NCBI GenBank assembly: GCA_032718475.1
Contig: JAUCBJ010006448.1
Coordinates: 1-39,749 of the forward strand
Direction: 5' to 3'
Length of the DNA: 39,749 nucleotides
Source of the DNA: Nemertoderma westbladi
Taxonomy: Eukaryota; Animalia; Xenacoelomorpha
The translations under genes and the position numbers were made by a program. Shown here one piece after another: positions 9,996 through 22,523 of this stretch (the first letter of the stretch is position 1; every line of letters begins with the position of its first letter). Under the pieces are notes generated by a model. The model was not told the DNA's origin and made no database searches. It was given only the letters and a program-made list of their open reading frames with translations.

Positions 9996-11429
9996 ATAGG
10001 CCTAACTATACAAAATGTAGTATTATTGCCTAGTAGCCAATTCATAGCTACTGTATGGTTTTTACTTTGAGACATTTCGCCCTCTAGCGGCAGACTAGGG
10101 AACTTCAGACTACTATGTGACTCCGCAAAAAGATATAGCCTATATTGTAATAGATACCGACTGGGGGGTCAAAATTAAGTAATAATATATCTAAAAAAGT
10201 CTCAAACATCTTACCTCATGGCTCGCCCCTCAGAACTCTTAAGCAATATAGCTTCATAGTTTTTAAGGAAAACTGGTAAACGAGATTTGTTACTTACGCA
10301 TATTTCGCAGACTTAAGTAATCAATTATACAGTAGGTTAGATCGTTTTGAGAGTAGGACCATTGGAAACAGCGCCCTCGAAAACCTCAGTACAAATAAAA
10401 TTAATAAAGATTAACAGGATATAGCTTGTTATAATAAAACATAAATTATAATACAGTAGAACAATTAGGGTTGTAAATAAAAACAAATTCAATAAATTGA
10501 AGATAAACTGTATATAACTTATATATTAAAAGATTAATTATGATTAATGATTTAATTATGTGCGATCAGGCGCGCAGGCTGCTTCACAACACAATGTGAA
10601 AGAATGCAATATATTGCAAACCAGATGTTTATTATAATTTTCTTAGGCGATTTGACAATGGTCTACATGATAACGAAGCTGGAGGTTTAAATAACTTAAA
10701 CTTTGTGGCAGCCCCACGTTGGTATACAGTATAACTCAACATAGGATTCAATGGGGTTAGTCATGCTACGTCTAATAAGAGCCCAAACAGCCGCAGATTA
10801 TTGAGGGATTGAACCAGGGCCAAACTGGTCCATTTTATTTTCGTGTGAGGCTAATTTATGTTTTGGGCCCCGTTCGCATCTTTATATTTCATTCTACCTT
10901 TACCTTCTACTGTATGACAAAAATAATACAAATGTACTGTATATTGTATTATTGTTCCTATTGTATTGTATATTTCATCTACTGTAGTACAATCTATTCA
11001 TTGCGCGTCCCTATCTGATTGATTTATGTCAAATTAAATTGCCTTTGGCAACATTATTTGATACAAATCGATCGATTAAACAATTAATTAATTGTTTAAT
11101 CGACCAATTAATTAATTGTTTAATTAATTAATGACCTACTTAACACCCAAGGTGCGAAATAGGACCAACTGTCGCCGAGGATGGCAAACCATTACTACTA
11201 CCGTGTTATTCTCGCTGAGACAGTACCAGTGACTTGGGAAAGTGCTAGTAAATTGGGTACAGTGTTAAATTGGGCACAGTGTTACAACTAAGAAAAAAAA
11301 CAGGGCTTTAGGAGATATACGAAATACAAAGGAATATAAGTGGGACATGCGTGTTTTTAGGATATAAGCGGAATTTTTGATGTGTTATCCATATCTCCAT
11401 ACATTAATACATAATACATAATACATAAT

Positions 11430-11590
11430 ACGCCAATTCCACGCCACACACAATGATATCAGTAAGACCCACGATTGGGCCAACAAGGCAGTCTGGTGGC
11501 CTCCCATCATGAACTACATAAAGGACGTTGTGGTCATTGTCTATAATGACAGTCAGCCCTTCCATCACACACCCGAGCCCCTTCAGTACA
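11430..11590 (+). mobile_element. Gypsy-type integrase zinc-binding (HHCC) remnant
   Basis: Translates RQFHATHNDISKTHDWANKAVWWPPIMNYIKDVV, then after a frameshift HCL**QSALPSH..PEPLQ. Confidence 0.6.
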
Positions 11591-11725
11591 ACCCTGATGT
11601 AGACCTTTGTGTTGTGGGGAGCAATGCGAATATGCTATGATGTAGAACATGGCTGACCCAAACTACAGTATACCACATCATCACTGACACATTCAGGAAC
11701 AATTACATTGTTTCTGGCATTTATT

Positions 11726-11930
11726 TCTTGTACTTTGGCAGCCTCATGGAGTGAATAAGCATGGTGGACAGCCCATGACTTTCTTGAGACGCATCTTAAA
11801 GGACACTGGCCTTGAAGATGCGGATTATCTAGCTAATGTCATGGGTGATAGGGAGTTGTGGCGGTGCAATTTTGTCGACAAGCCGGCACAGCATTTTTAA
11901 AAATGCAGCTGCAATGCAGCATGCCGATCC
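11726..11930 (+). mobile_element. RTE-clade LINE 3' fragment
   Basis: LVLWQPHGVNKHGGQPMTFLRRILKDTGLEDADYLANVMGDRELWR; near-identical to 12756-12959. Confidence 0.8.
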
Positions 11931-12498
11931 CCAAATCATGCCCTATGTCTCGACCCTGTTTCCAATCTACCACCAGGTCTATTTATTACAGCTAACGATG
12001 GAATTGAACGTACCTGGAGACAATCTCAAGTCCTAAGTAATTTCTTTTGGAAGAGATTTATCAGGGAGTACCTACCCACCCTTCATAAAAGAACAAAGTG
12101 GTACCGCCCAGGATACAATCTTAAGGTTAACGATATGGTTCTTGTCATGGATGAGAACTCTATCAAAGGTGCATGGATAGTTGGACGGATTACTCGTGTC
12201 TTCCCTTGGGAGGACAAGTTAGTCCGTGTTGCTGAGATAAAGTTGAGAGGAAGTTCAGTACTGTACTCAAACGCCCTGTACATAAACTGTGCCTACTTGA
12301 GCAAGCTCAATGAGTACCTACTTCCTAACCATATCTCGGGAGTCTAGTAAAGGTGTAATTGTACAGGAAACACCTTGATAAGTAAATATGAGTGATGTAT
12401 ATTATGATTCAAACTTGTAAAAAACTGTATTTTGAGCGTCATCATAAATAAATGAGAATGTTATTTATTGAATCGTGTATTAACTTATAACCACTACA
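11931..12498 (+). mobile_element. BEL/Pao LTR retrotransposon 3' end (DUF5641-like post-integrase region) and possible short LTR
   Basis: PNHALCL...WRQSQVLSNFFWKRFIREYLPTLHKRTKW...LKVNDMVLV...WIVGRITRVFP..DKLVRVAEIK, then after a frameshift KRPVHKLCLLE. It is followed by CGGGAG and an AT-rich segment with AATAAA ending CACTACA (~12345-12498). Confidence 0.85.
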
Positions 12499-12697
12499 CT
12501 GATTTCATAATCTTTAGTTATTATATTATGTTAATGGTATATATATCTACGATATGGAGTTTGATATTAACTTCAATTAATTCTGAGTGTGGGAAATGAT
12601 ATAAATATATATATTTTACAAACTTTTAATCCATTCTAGGTTTTGCGCAGCATTCAAAAAAGCTGCTATTGGTATTCTCTCCTGGTTTCGCGGTTTC

Positions 12698-12965
12698 AAA
12701 ATCGCCTCCGCTTTGCAGTACATTGCTTTCGCCGCGAGGACCAGCCAGTGCATAATCTTGTACTTGGCAGCCTCATGGAGTGAATAAGCATGGTGGACAG
12801 CCCATGACTTTCTTGAGACGCATCTTAAAGGACACTGGCCTTGAAGATGCGGATGATCTAGCAAATGTCATGGGTGATAGGGAGTTGTGGCGGTGTAATT
12901 TTGTCGATAAGCCGGCACAGCATTCTTAAAAATGCAGCTGCAATGCAGCATGCCGATCCTAGTAG
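12698..12965 (+). mobile_element. 5'-truncated RTE-clade LINE insertion with 10-bp TSD
   Basis: RLRFAVHCFRREDQPVHNLVL(fs)QPHG...DTGLEDADDLANVMGDRELWR. Tail TAGTAG. TCGCGGTTTC is duplicated at 12688-12697 and 12966-12975. Confidence 0.85.
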
Positions 12966-14569
12966 TCGCGGTTTCGGTTTTGTTATTTTTATTCTTGTTT
13001 TGGTCTGTTTGGGACATCCGAAGTCTATCATTACGACTCGGATTTGGTTTCCAAGTGATTAATAATCCTTTGTAAAGACAATATTTAATCAACATTAAAT
13101 GAATGTGCCATTATAATGACTGTAATCTGTAACTTATATATATTGTAATTTTGTATATATTATGATGAAGTCTATCGACGACGATATATATGGTGATATG
13201 ATGAAGTCTATCGACGACGATATTCTTGGTGGCATGATGATGTCAATCACCTTTGATCTTTCAGGGTTACAATGATGTTCACAAAGTCTATCCGTGGAAA
13301 TCAACTCTGTCAAAGATGATGCATTTTAACTTATCATCTGAGTAAAACATTTTTTCTAACTAGATGGTATGTAATGCTTATTTTACCTTATACAATCAGA
13401 ATTGTTTTATATTTTAAATTGATATGTCATTGACGTTTATATTTTGTTGTTGGTTTTGGTTTGTAAGTTTAATTGGAGAAATTATTTGTCTGTAAATGAG
13501 AGTATTCTTTTAGCCTATTTTGTTTCATTTGGAATGTAATTATTTGGCAGATTTGTTATTGTTCAGTTACTTTACACATTTTACTTATACAGTCTTATAC
13601 AGGACATATATTATTACCTCACATTATCTTTAAACCGGTATTATATTTTTTTGTTGAGACCAATCTATATACAGTCAGTACAAAATGTGTTCATCTTATC
13701 AATGTTATATTGTCCTACTATGCCAGGTTTATACATTTTCATTTTGTGAAGGTAGGGTATTGTACCCATACCTTGAGTGTGGGGATGTTGATGACCTATT
13801 CATTGTAATTATATAATTTGTCCTAACCCAACCATATGACTCGATCCACATCATTTATCATGTTATTATGCGTTGTCCTAACTATGTTATAAATAGATAG
13901 GCCCATACATTCTATGTTATCTTTTATAAGTACGCTATATTATTATATGGATAGAGAGGTATGCCGTAGTATAGTTATACAAATATACAATGCCCTGTAA
14001 TTATCAGCAGCTTTAGTAAACCTTCCCTATTGGCCAACCTGTTCACAATATTATATTACTCAACCAGTGTTTCTCCTTGTGTATAAGGTGTAAATCTCTC
14101 TGATTGGCTCACATGCAATGTTTGTTTATCTCATATGCACTTTCCAGTGGGTTTATATTGCCTTACATATTTCCTATATGTCATAACGGCTGTTATAGTT
14201 AGTTATCTGACAGTGACACTGAAGCGTTAGGGAAGCACAGCCGGTTTCAGTATGTTTAGAGTTAGATCTTTCACTAATGTATTAACATCATAACAATTAA
14301 GATTACTGATTAACCCACATAAATCTCCTTAGCAACATTATTACAATTATTATTATTATTAACGTTACCGTATACATTAACATAGTGCATTAATATTCAT
14401 CTTGTTATTTTAGTGCAATTTAGAAATGCTATTGAGATTATATTGACAATTATTATTATTATATTTCATTTATATTTTATACATGTTCTTTTAGCTAAGG
14501 TTGGATGCTTACATACATATGACAAATGACACAACTCAAATGTCCATCCTGTTTCGTTTATTGATTTAG

Positions 14570-15807
14570 TTTACAAACATATCAATGACCGAGTTGTGCA
14601 TTGATACTTTCGCTCCTCCGCTTCATACTCAAGCCGTAATCGTTCATCCTCTACTTGATTGTCCAATTGTCTCAATCTAGTTGTTTTTCCTCCTTGATCC
14701 TATCCAGATTCGCCTTTCGTTGGCTTTCTGAATCCATTTCTTGATCGATATCCTTGAGAATCTTCTTGGTGGTGGGACTAGTCGGGAGATGTCCACGTAA
14801 TCTCCTTATCAGCTCTTCTTCCCCCACTCTCTTTGTGTAAGCTCCCAAGTGTTTGCGAATAGCATCTTCTTGTGCTGTTCGAGTTTCGGGTTCAGTTTGG
14901 GTATACCCTTCAACGTCACAGACACCAATTATGGATGGATGGTCGGAATCCAAAGTTACGGGTTGAGAAGGTTCATCTTGGAAGGAGAGGTAAGTATGCG
15001 CTGATATGGCGAATTTTCTTATGTTCTCATTGGCTGCGGTCTCTATCACTGGAGCTCCTGTCCGAAGGGCGGATTGGTGGAAAGCAGAAAGGATTATATG
15101 GATGCATATGATTCTCTCCTTGATGTCATAGAAGAGAGAGGGAGTGTTATTTACGCTAGGGTCCTGTAAGATGGTTTCAAAGCCGGAAATCTGTTTGGTA
15201 AATCCAGTTTGAAATCCTCTCAGGGTCCTTCCCATTTTGGTGATGTCAGTGGGGTCTGCAGGTACTTTCAACTGCGTTAGTTCATCAGAGGTGGCAGAAT
15301 ATAGTGGAAAAAACTTATCCAGTGAAGGATAATTGTAATATTGCAATACAGCCTGTTGCATCTCTGTAACGGACATAGAAAGTATCTGTACTTTCGATCC
15401 CCTTTCGGGGGCCTGTAGTTGTCAATGGCCCTTAGTAGGCCGATTAATAAACCTGGGGAAGGGGCCATCAGTTGGTCCATTCCTATCAGCAGGTTCAATC
15501 CTGTGTCTGTGTCAACTTCCGTCCAGTCTAAGTCGGAAGTCACAGTCACTCGCGGTCGGTCATGTTGTGTTTCGAGGCCAGTAGTGGATTGGTCAGTTCG
15601 GGTGACAGGGGGTGGTCGATTTAATTTTGAGGGCATAATAGGGTTGCCTAACTGATTGGAACTAGAGTGCTCTGGCTCGGACAATTCTCTAGTCGGAGAT
15701 TTGTCAGAGTCAGAATGCATCAGTGTCGTAGTCACATCAAGATTATGGGTTTGGTACCTAAGGGAACTGTCTGAAGCGCTCTTGTTAGCACTCGAACGAT
15801 AAGACAT
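14570..15807 (-). pseudogene. Frameshifted ~410-codon ORF of unknown family, possibly the Gag-like N-terminus of a retroelement
   Basis: ORFs 15277-15807 and 14672-15376 overlap and join by one frameshift near 15378. A second shift near 14680 continues RLRQLDNQVEDERLRLEYEAEERKYQ (coiled-coil-like). GC content is higher than the flanks. No diagnostic motif recognised. Confidence 0.55.
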
Positions 15808-18420
15808 TTTTACTAAATATTATTTCAACGAAATTTTATTTTGTTAACCCTTTAAGTGATTGTTATGCCTTCCCTTTATTATCGACTATTTATTGTAACA
15901 ACAATAATATATTACAAATAATTATTATAATTGCACCCAAATAAATAACACGGGATTAGTTCAGCTTACAAATCGTCAATCACCGGTAAATAATACATAT
16001 AGGACCGGTAATTTATTTGTGAAGAATGATGCCGTGATAAATATTTTGTTTCACCGCTAGGTGGAGAGAATTATCAGGTTTAACTCTTTACAAGCAGGAA
16101 TATCACCAACAAGGCAATGAATTTCCTCCTATTGGTTTAGAGGTTAGAACAACTCAACCGTAATGAAGGTGAGGCTAGCATATGTGGTATACCGCTATTA
16201 GTTACTTACTATGTTTTAATGGAACACATCCAATCACCACCAATCAATTATATAAGCTAAGGCGAGCAAGTTGAGGTACAATTGCTATTACTGTAATGTG
16301 GCTTACCTAACTACAGCTACTAGGCAGAGAGTGCAAGCCTATTGGGTTGTTAGGGTTACTTGGTAAGGAGGACAAGTCATGTGACTGATATTGCCCGTAA
16401 AGTGACAAATAATTCCAGCCGAGAAATATATTGGTTTTTGAAATATTACGCTGACAGAGGTCCAAGTTGTAAATAATGGATCTGAGGTGGAAATAATGAG
16501 CTGAAATGTTAAGTAGCTCGATAATATGTATGTATATCGGTTAAATGTTCCTTGTATATTTATATTTATTATGGAATAATAATATCGGAATATAAAACCG
16601 CACAACTTATAAAAATAATACAAATCGTTACTTATACCTAAAGTACCTACATTACAAAATAGTGGTGTAAACTTTGAGTTTACTTCAGTGTAGTACACAA
16701 ATAAAACAAATTAATAGGGCAGTAAGACTGTGGGAATTTACCAGGGGGTTTGTAAACGTTTCGAGCGTTTAGGACGCCGAAACCAGACAAGAGACAAACG
16801 TTAATAGCACAAATAAAAACAATAGATACGGTTAGTAGAATGCGTCCCAGCGATTGCCGCATACGCTAATTAGGGCTCTTAGTTAATTCGCCTAACGTCG
16901 GGTATAACGAACTGTTGACGGGCTAAGACCACAGAAAATGGTTCCGATCGACTGAAAAATTCGAACTTATAAGTCTGTACTGGGGGTAAGTCGATAAATA
17001 ACAGTTCAATACTTGATTTAAAAAACGAAGGTGCCCCACGATTCATCCAGAGAGTATGATGTGGATATTGTTGATGGGCCAGTCATACTTCTGCGCAAGG
17101 AGATTTCCTCCCAAAAGGAGATACAAACTTTATGTGTTCCAATAATGGAAATAGGAATGAAATAGGGGGTAAAATGAGGTCTACAGAACAATTACGCATT
17201 TACTTAATGCACTATGAAGCCGAGCAATCAGATACCGGTAATTCACAGTAGGCAGACTTGCAGTAAAATGTTTTACGGTAAATATGAGATTCCATCTATT
17301 ATCTGAACCGACCAATCTAGAATTATTGCAGCGGGAATTTACCTATTGTACCCGGCTTACGGTAGAAAACGAACGTCTACGCCTTACAAGGTCCAATGAA
17401 ACATAGGGTGCTATCAGCTAATGTTCAAAACTCAACAATACGTGAAAGCAAAAAACAACAAATACACCAATTATAAATAACAGTATATAAAGTACTCCTT
17501 TACACTCTCCGGTTATACACCAGTAAATAAGTTTATCAAATACTTGCAGAATACTTACCAAAAAATACAATAAACGGGATCAGTGTCAACAATAAATTGA
17601 TAAATATTTATGCACCAAATTCGTACCAATTACGATGATCAGTCGAAATTAAAGAAAATAAGCACATCAATAGAACAAATAAGCAAATCAAAAACACTCA
17701 AGGGGGGCTGAGAGCTGTTTATTACTGTTAGCGCTTTTAGTAAATTATGTTCTTTCAATCTCAATTTCATATATTTTTGACTTGTTTGATTCCGTGCAGA
17801 GAATCCATGCATTCAGGGCTTCGCACAACTGCTAGTCTGACACAATAAACGGGATTGCGCTAGTGTACCTGTCAACAAGGACCGCTCACTGTATCGATTA
17901 CTTCCCCTTTCCCTTCCTCTCATGTATTGATTTACTCTATAACTTATTTGGTTCGATACAATATTTGATTACCTATTGTATTTAACTGAGATACTATACC
18001 GGGAGGGTGTGACAACAAAGTATAACAAGTAAATGGCTGACTAATTAATTCTGTAAGGACTCAAGTTCGGTGTTTGTGTTTCCCTTTAGGGGAAACGTAT
18101 AGTGTCTTGTCTTTATATATGATTATATAAATATTTCTATCCTAATTAACTTATGACAACTCTGTGCTGACATATATTTGGTGGCGGGAAATTTAAAATA
18201 AAAAAATAGACTTCTACCCTTTTACTAATGAGGATTGTGGGATTGGTTTTATTTTCTGCCTTACTGGTACCGGTACCTGATCATAAATAATAATAATATA
18301 TATTGAATTTGGAAACCAATGCTTAATTGTAATAAATATTGAGTATAATCATAAATACTGTATAACAACATTTGTGTTTATTAATTAACTAATTATATAT
18401 TGATATACGGTTACTATATT

Positions 18421-19307
18421 ATGTCGAACAGCAGTGAGGATTTATTGCTTGACTATGGGAATAACCCAACAGGTAGTGACAAATACCTTCGGCGTTCGGA
18501 GCCTTCGGCGTTGATAAAGTCGCCACTATATCAGTAAAAATTCCCGACTACTATGAATCAATCGATATTGAAGCTTGGTTGCGACGTGCTGAGACGAGTT
18601 TCCGGTTGGCGCGAATCAGTGACGCGAAAACAATGGCAGATCATGTCATCATGAAATTACCACTAAAGTATCTCAACTGGATTCCGGAAGAGACGACGGC
18701 AACTTACGGTCGTCTGAAGGAATGCTTGACACGAAATATTGGTAAAAAACAAGAACAGAGAGCTGCAGAAATATTAAGTGGGATTCGTTATGATCGTGAT
18801 GTTCGTCCTTCTGCATTTCGGGGTGGTTTATTACGCAGAGCAGAAGTTGCAGGGGTTGCTTCCAGCGATACATTTATAAACGAGTTATTTATTCGTGCAA
18901 TGCCAATGGAATGGCAAGATTATTTAGCATTCACTGAACCAGCAAAGATTGCTGAAATGGCAGATCGACTAGTCGACCGTGGAGCTAAACCTACAACCAG
19001 TAGTGTCTGTACAATCCAGGAACAACCATTCCGTTCGTCCAACGAGAAATTCGCCCATTCTTCATCCCGAGTTTCTTCTCCACGTCTCGTGATTCCGCAA
19101 TGGATAGCCAAGTCAGGACGTAAGTTTCGTCCTACTATTTGCAATGAACATATTTACTTCAAACGGGCACATCATTATACAAAGTGGTGTCGTTTAAACG
19201 ATCGTTTCCAACCATCAAACTCAAACCGTCCTTCTCGTGCTCCTTCTCCGACTCGAGAGCAGGCCGGTTATGAAGGGAAGGCGTTAAACAGTCCGCCTGC
19301 CCGGTAA
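18421..19307 (+). pseudogene. gag: Gypsy gag (frameshift near 18500)
   Basis: SVKIPDYYESIDIEAWLRRAETSF is a typical Gag N-terminal motif. C-terminal CNEH...AHHYTKWC is a degenerate CHCC knuckle. GTTAAAC just before the stop is a possible -1 slip site. Confidence 0.75.
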
Positions 19308-22100
19308 GTGCCGTAGCTGGTCAGGCACATACAACGGCGGTTCCGTTCGTGCAAGGAAGTATCGTGTCGACACGCCATACTTGGATGGTCGATACGGGCT
19401 CTGTTGTTTCTATTATTCCAGCCGAGTGGTTGTCCAAGGCTCAGCAGGCCACAATATATCCTTATTGTTCAAACCTTAAATCTGTGACTGGTGATAAACT
19501 ACCAACTCTCGGTATTATTCGGTTAGAAATTGGACTTACTCAACTACGACGGATATTCTCCCATACCTTGTACAGAGGCCGCTAGCAATACTTGGAGCAG
19601 ATTTCTTAGCGAACTATAACCTTTCTGTTGATGTTGCTTGGCAACGGTTATATGATAGTCTCACTCACAGAATCTGTTCTCTGAATTTAGTACATGATGA
19701 AGCAATTATATCAAAGATTTCTGTGATGCTTCCAGAAACTCCAGACATGGAAACTCGTTTATTACTCACACGCTACACTGAATTGTTTGGACCACCTAAT
19801 TTTAATGTGACACCAACAGCTCACCCTATGACTATAGACACAGCTGACTCACCTCCAGTTCAATCACGTCCATATCGCTTGGGACCTGCTAAGCTGAAGT
19901 TTGGGGAAGAGTACTTTAAGGGTTTAATTGAGGCTGGAATCCTTCGTCGATCTGAAAGTGAGTGGTCTAGTCCTTTACATGTGGTTCCCAAGGGCGAAAG
20001 TTGGCGACCATGTGGGGACTATAGAAGACTTAATTCAGTTACTCGTAAAGATGGGTACCCAAATCCTCATCCGGAGGATGTTACAACGTGGTTAGCTGGA
20101 AAAAAGTATTTTTCAAAGTTGGATATTACACAGGTGTATTTTCAAATTCCAGTTGCAAGCAATTCAATCAAGAAGACTGCAGTAATTACTCCATTTGGAC
20201 TCTTTGAATTTCTCAGAACTCAATTTGGTCTTAAAAATGCTGCAGCAGCATTTCACCGGCATATAGATTTGGTGTTACAACCAGTGTCTGATTGTGCAGA
20301 CAATTTCTTTGACGATGTCTTAGTAGCCTCAGAAACCGAATTAGACCATCGTCGTGACTTAGATAGAGTATTTAGTATGTTCCAGAAGCACAATATTAGG
20401 TTGAATCCTGATAAGTGTGATGATATAATGAAGAAGAAGGTTCGATTTTTAGGGTTTGACATTGATGCTACTGGTATCACTGCGCCTACATTACTGCTAA
20501 TCTTCCATCACCATCGTCATATTCAGAGCTTAGAATCAGACTAGGGTCTATCAATTATTATCAACGTTTTATACCAAATGCTGTATACATTCTAGAACCA
20601 TTAACCTTTTTGTTGCGAGATAAGAATTCATTCGTATGGGAAGATAAACATGAGAATGCATATTGTAAAATAATCAAAGCTTTAACTGAATCTGTCACAT
20701 TAGCTCATATACCAAATAACGTATCAACTTTAATACTAACAACAGATGCATCAGACACTGCAATTGGTGCAAGTATAGAGACGCCTGATGGCCAACCAAT
20801 TGGCTTCTTCTCAAAGGTTCTAGGACCTACCAACTCCAACAGATCTGCTTTTGAACGTGAAATGCTTGCTCTAGCTGAATCTGCTCGCCATTTTCGTCAC
20901 CTATGTGAAGAATTTCATATTAAAGCCCGGACAGATCATAGACCTCTTGTCTCCGCTTTTGGTAAACGAGCCCTATCTTCTAGGTGGCAACATCAGTGAA
21001 TGGCTACTATTTCAGACTATGTAGATGAGATAATTTACGTTCCCGGAAAGTCAAACGTTGTAGCAGATATGTTGTCTCGAATTCCAGAATGTCAACAGGA
21101 AAAAAGTGTTAGTCATATTAGTCACACAAATATGGAAAGTCAACTAATACTCGATTTACCAGCCATTGCTAGTGCACAACAGAAAGAAACCCTAGACTCA
21201 ATAGTATTGAATAAATTAGAAAGTGTTGAAATCGGTGATGTACAATTACTAGTTGCAGCTGGATCTGTTCCTCGTCCATATATTCCTACTACTAGGATCG
21301 GCATGCTCCATATATTCCAGAAAACCTCAGATCTCCATTAATACATTCTTTTCACTCTAATTAACATCTAGGGTCATCTTTCACTTATCGTATTATCAAT
21401 GCTCGCTATTGGTGGCCAGCCATGAAATCCGATATAACTGACTATGTAAGAAATTGTTTAACCTGTCAGAAAAATAAAATAACTACACATGAGAAATCTA
21501 CAAAACCAAATTTTAATCTTCCGTCAACTCGTTTTTCATCCATTCATTTAGATATTATTATTCCAGAATCCGATAAATATATACTAACAATGATCGATCG
21601 AGCTACTGGATGGCCGGAAGCTGTTGAAATTCAATCCCAATCTGCTAGAAATACAGTAGAAGCGTTTCTCAACTCTTGGGTTTACCGTTTCGGTTCTCCA
21701 TTGTATGTTGTGATTGACCGAGGAAGTAATTTTGAGGCGGAGTTCTTCAAATTATATACTAAGGCAATGTCCATATTTCGGCTTCGAACTACTGCATACC
21801 ATCCTCAGTCGAATGGAAAATTCGAACGAATGCATAGAACCCTCGCTGAAAACTATAATCCGATCTTTTGGAGGGTCGTGGCGAGAACATATACAGAAAG
21901 CCCTACATGTTCTACGACTCATTCCTGATGGTACTGGTATCTCTCCCTTTCAATATGTCACAGGTACATCAATGGCTCTCTCTGGATGTTACACAGACAC
22001 TAGAATGGATCCTAGAGAATTAATGGATTCTGTTCGCAAATTAGAGCGGCACATTGTTAGAAGACATACTCAAAGGTTGATTATATGATCGCAATCCAAG
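19290..22100 (+). pseudogene. pol: Gypsy pol (protease, RT, RNase H, integrase) with several frameshifts and stops
   Basis: Protease VDTGS. RT: WSSPLHVVPK, WRPCGDYRRLN, FGLKNA, FFDDVLV. RNase H: LTTDASD, SAFEREMLA, TDHRPL. Integrase: YWWPAM..CLTCQ, HLDII, DRGSNF, TTAYHPQSNGKFERMHRTL. Confidence 0.92.
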
Positions 22101-22523
22101 GTTATCCATTAACCCTACCGGATTCTGCAGACTATTGCAATATTAAATATTTTAGAACCAGAGAGGTCCAGTCGGACATTCTGGAGGGAGAGATTGGTTG
22201 TTTTCGTGCCTTGAATGGCACAAATATGACAATTGGTTTGTAAAAAGCCGATAGTACTTTCCAATCTCATGGGCTTATGGCATTCAGAAGGATGGATGAG
22301 CTACCAACTGTCCTCACCGTGCCGCAGCAACATCCAAAGGGTCACACGTTAATTCGAACCCGGAGCAACTCTTTAAAACTGAGACATTTATCTACAGGAG
22401 GAGGGGGTGACACGTTGAGTCAGTGCCCAGAGAGACTACAAAACTGACAAACATTCCTCTACACACTACAGGAGAGTCACACTATTTTCTGTTTATGTTT
22501 AATTTTCAGGATTGGTACTTAAT

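Larger units (their letters stand above)
6290..11199. mobile_element. Non-autonomous Polinton/Maverick-like element (4910 bp) with long terminal inverted repeats
   Basis: Begins AGTAGT (6290) and ends ACTACT (11199). 6-bp TSD ACCGTG at 6284-6289 and 11200-11205. Arms 6290-7167 and 10285-11199 are near-identical inverted repeats. AG-starting termini with short tandem repeats, a 6-bp TSD and long TIRs are known Polinton hallmarks. No pPolB, integrase or capsid ORFs. Confidence 0.75.
18008..22481 (+). mobile_element. Decayed near full-length Ty3/Gypsy LTR retrotransposon (CsRn1-like by Gag motif)
   Basis: Candidate LTR TGTGACA...TGACA (18008-18172) and PBS-like TGGTGGCGGG (18179). Domain order gag-PR-RT-RNaseH-IN. 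Polypurine tract AGGAGGAGGGGG (22396-22407). Confidence 0.9.

Noticed and set aside
7038-10075. Long dipeptide ORFs (WL, VA, TA, HS, QP repeats)
   Set aside because: By-products of stop-free hexamer microsatellites; no unique coding content.
13162-13223. Two-copy ATGATGAAGTCTATCGACGACGATAT duplication
   Set aside because: Ordinary local slippage duplication with no further structure.
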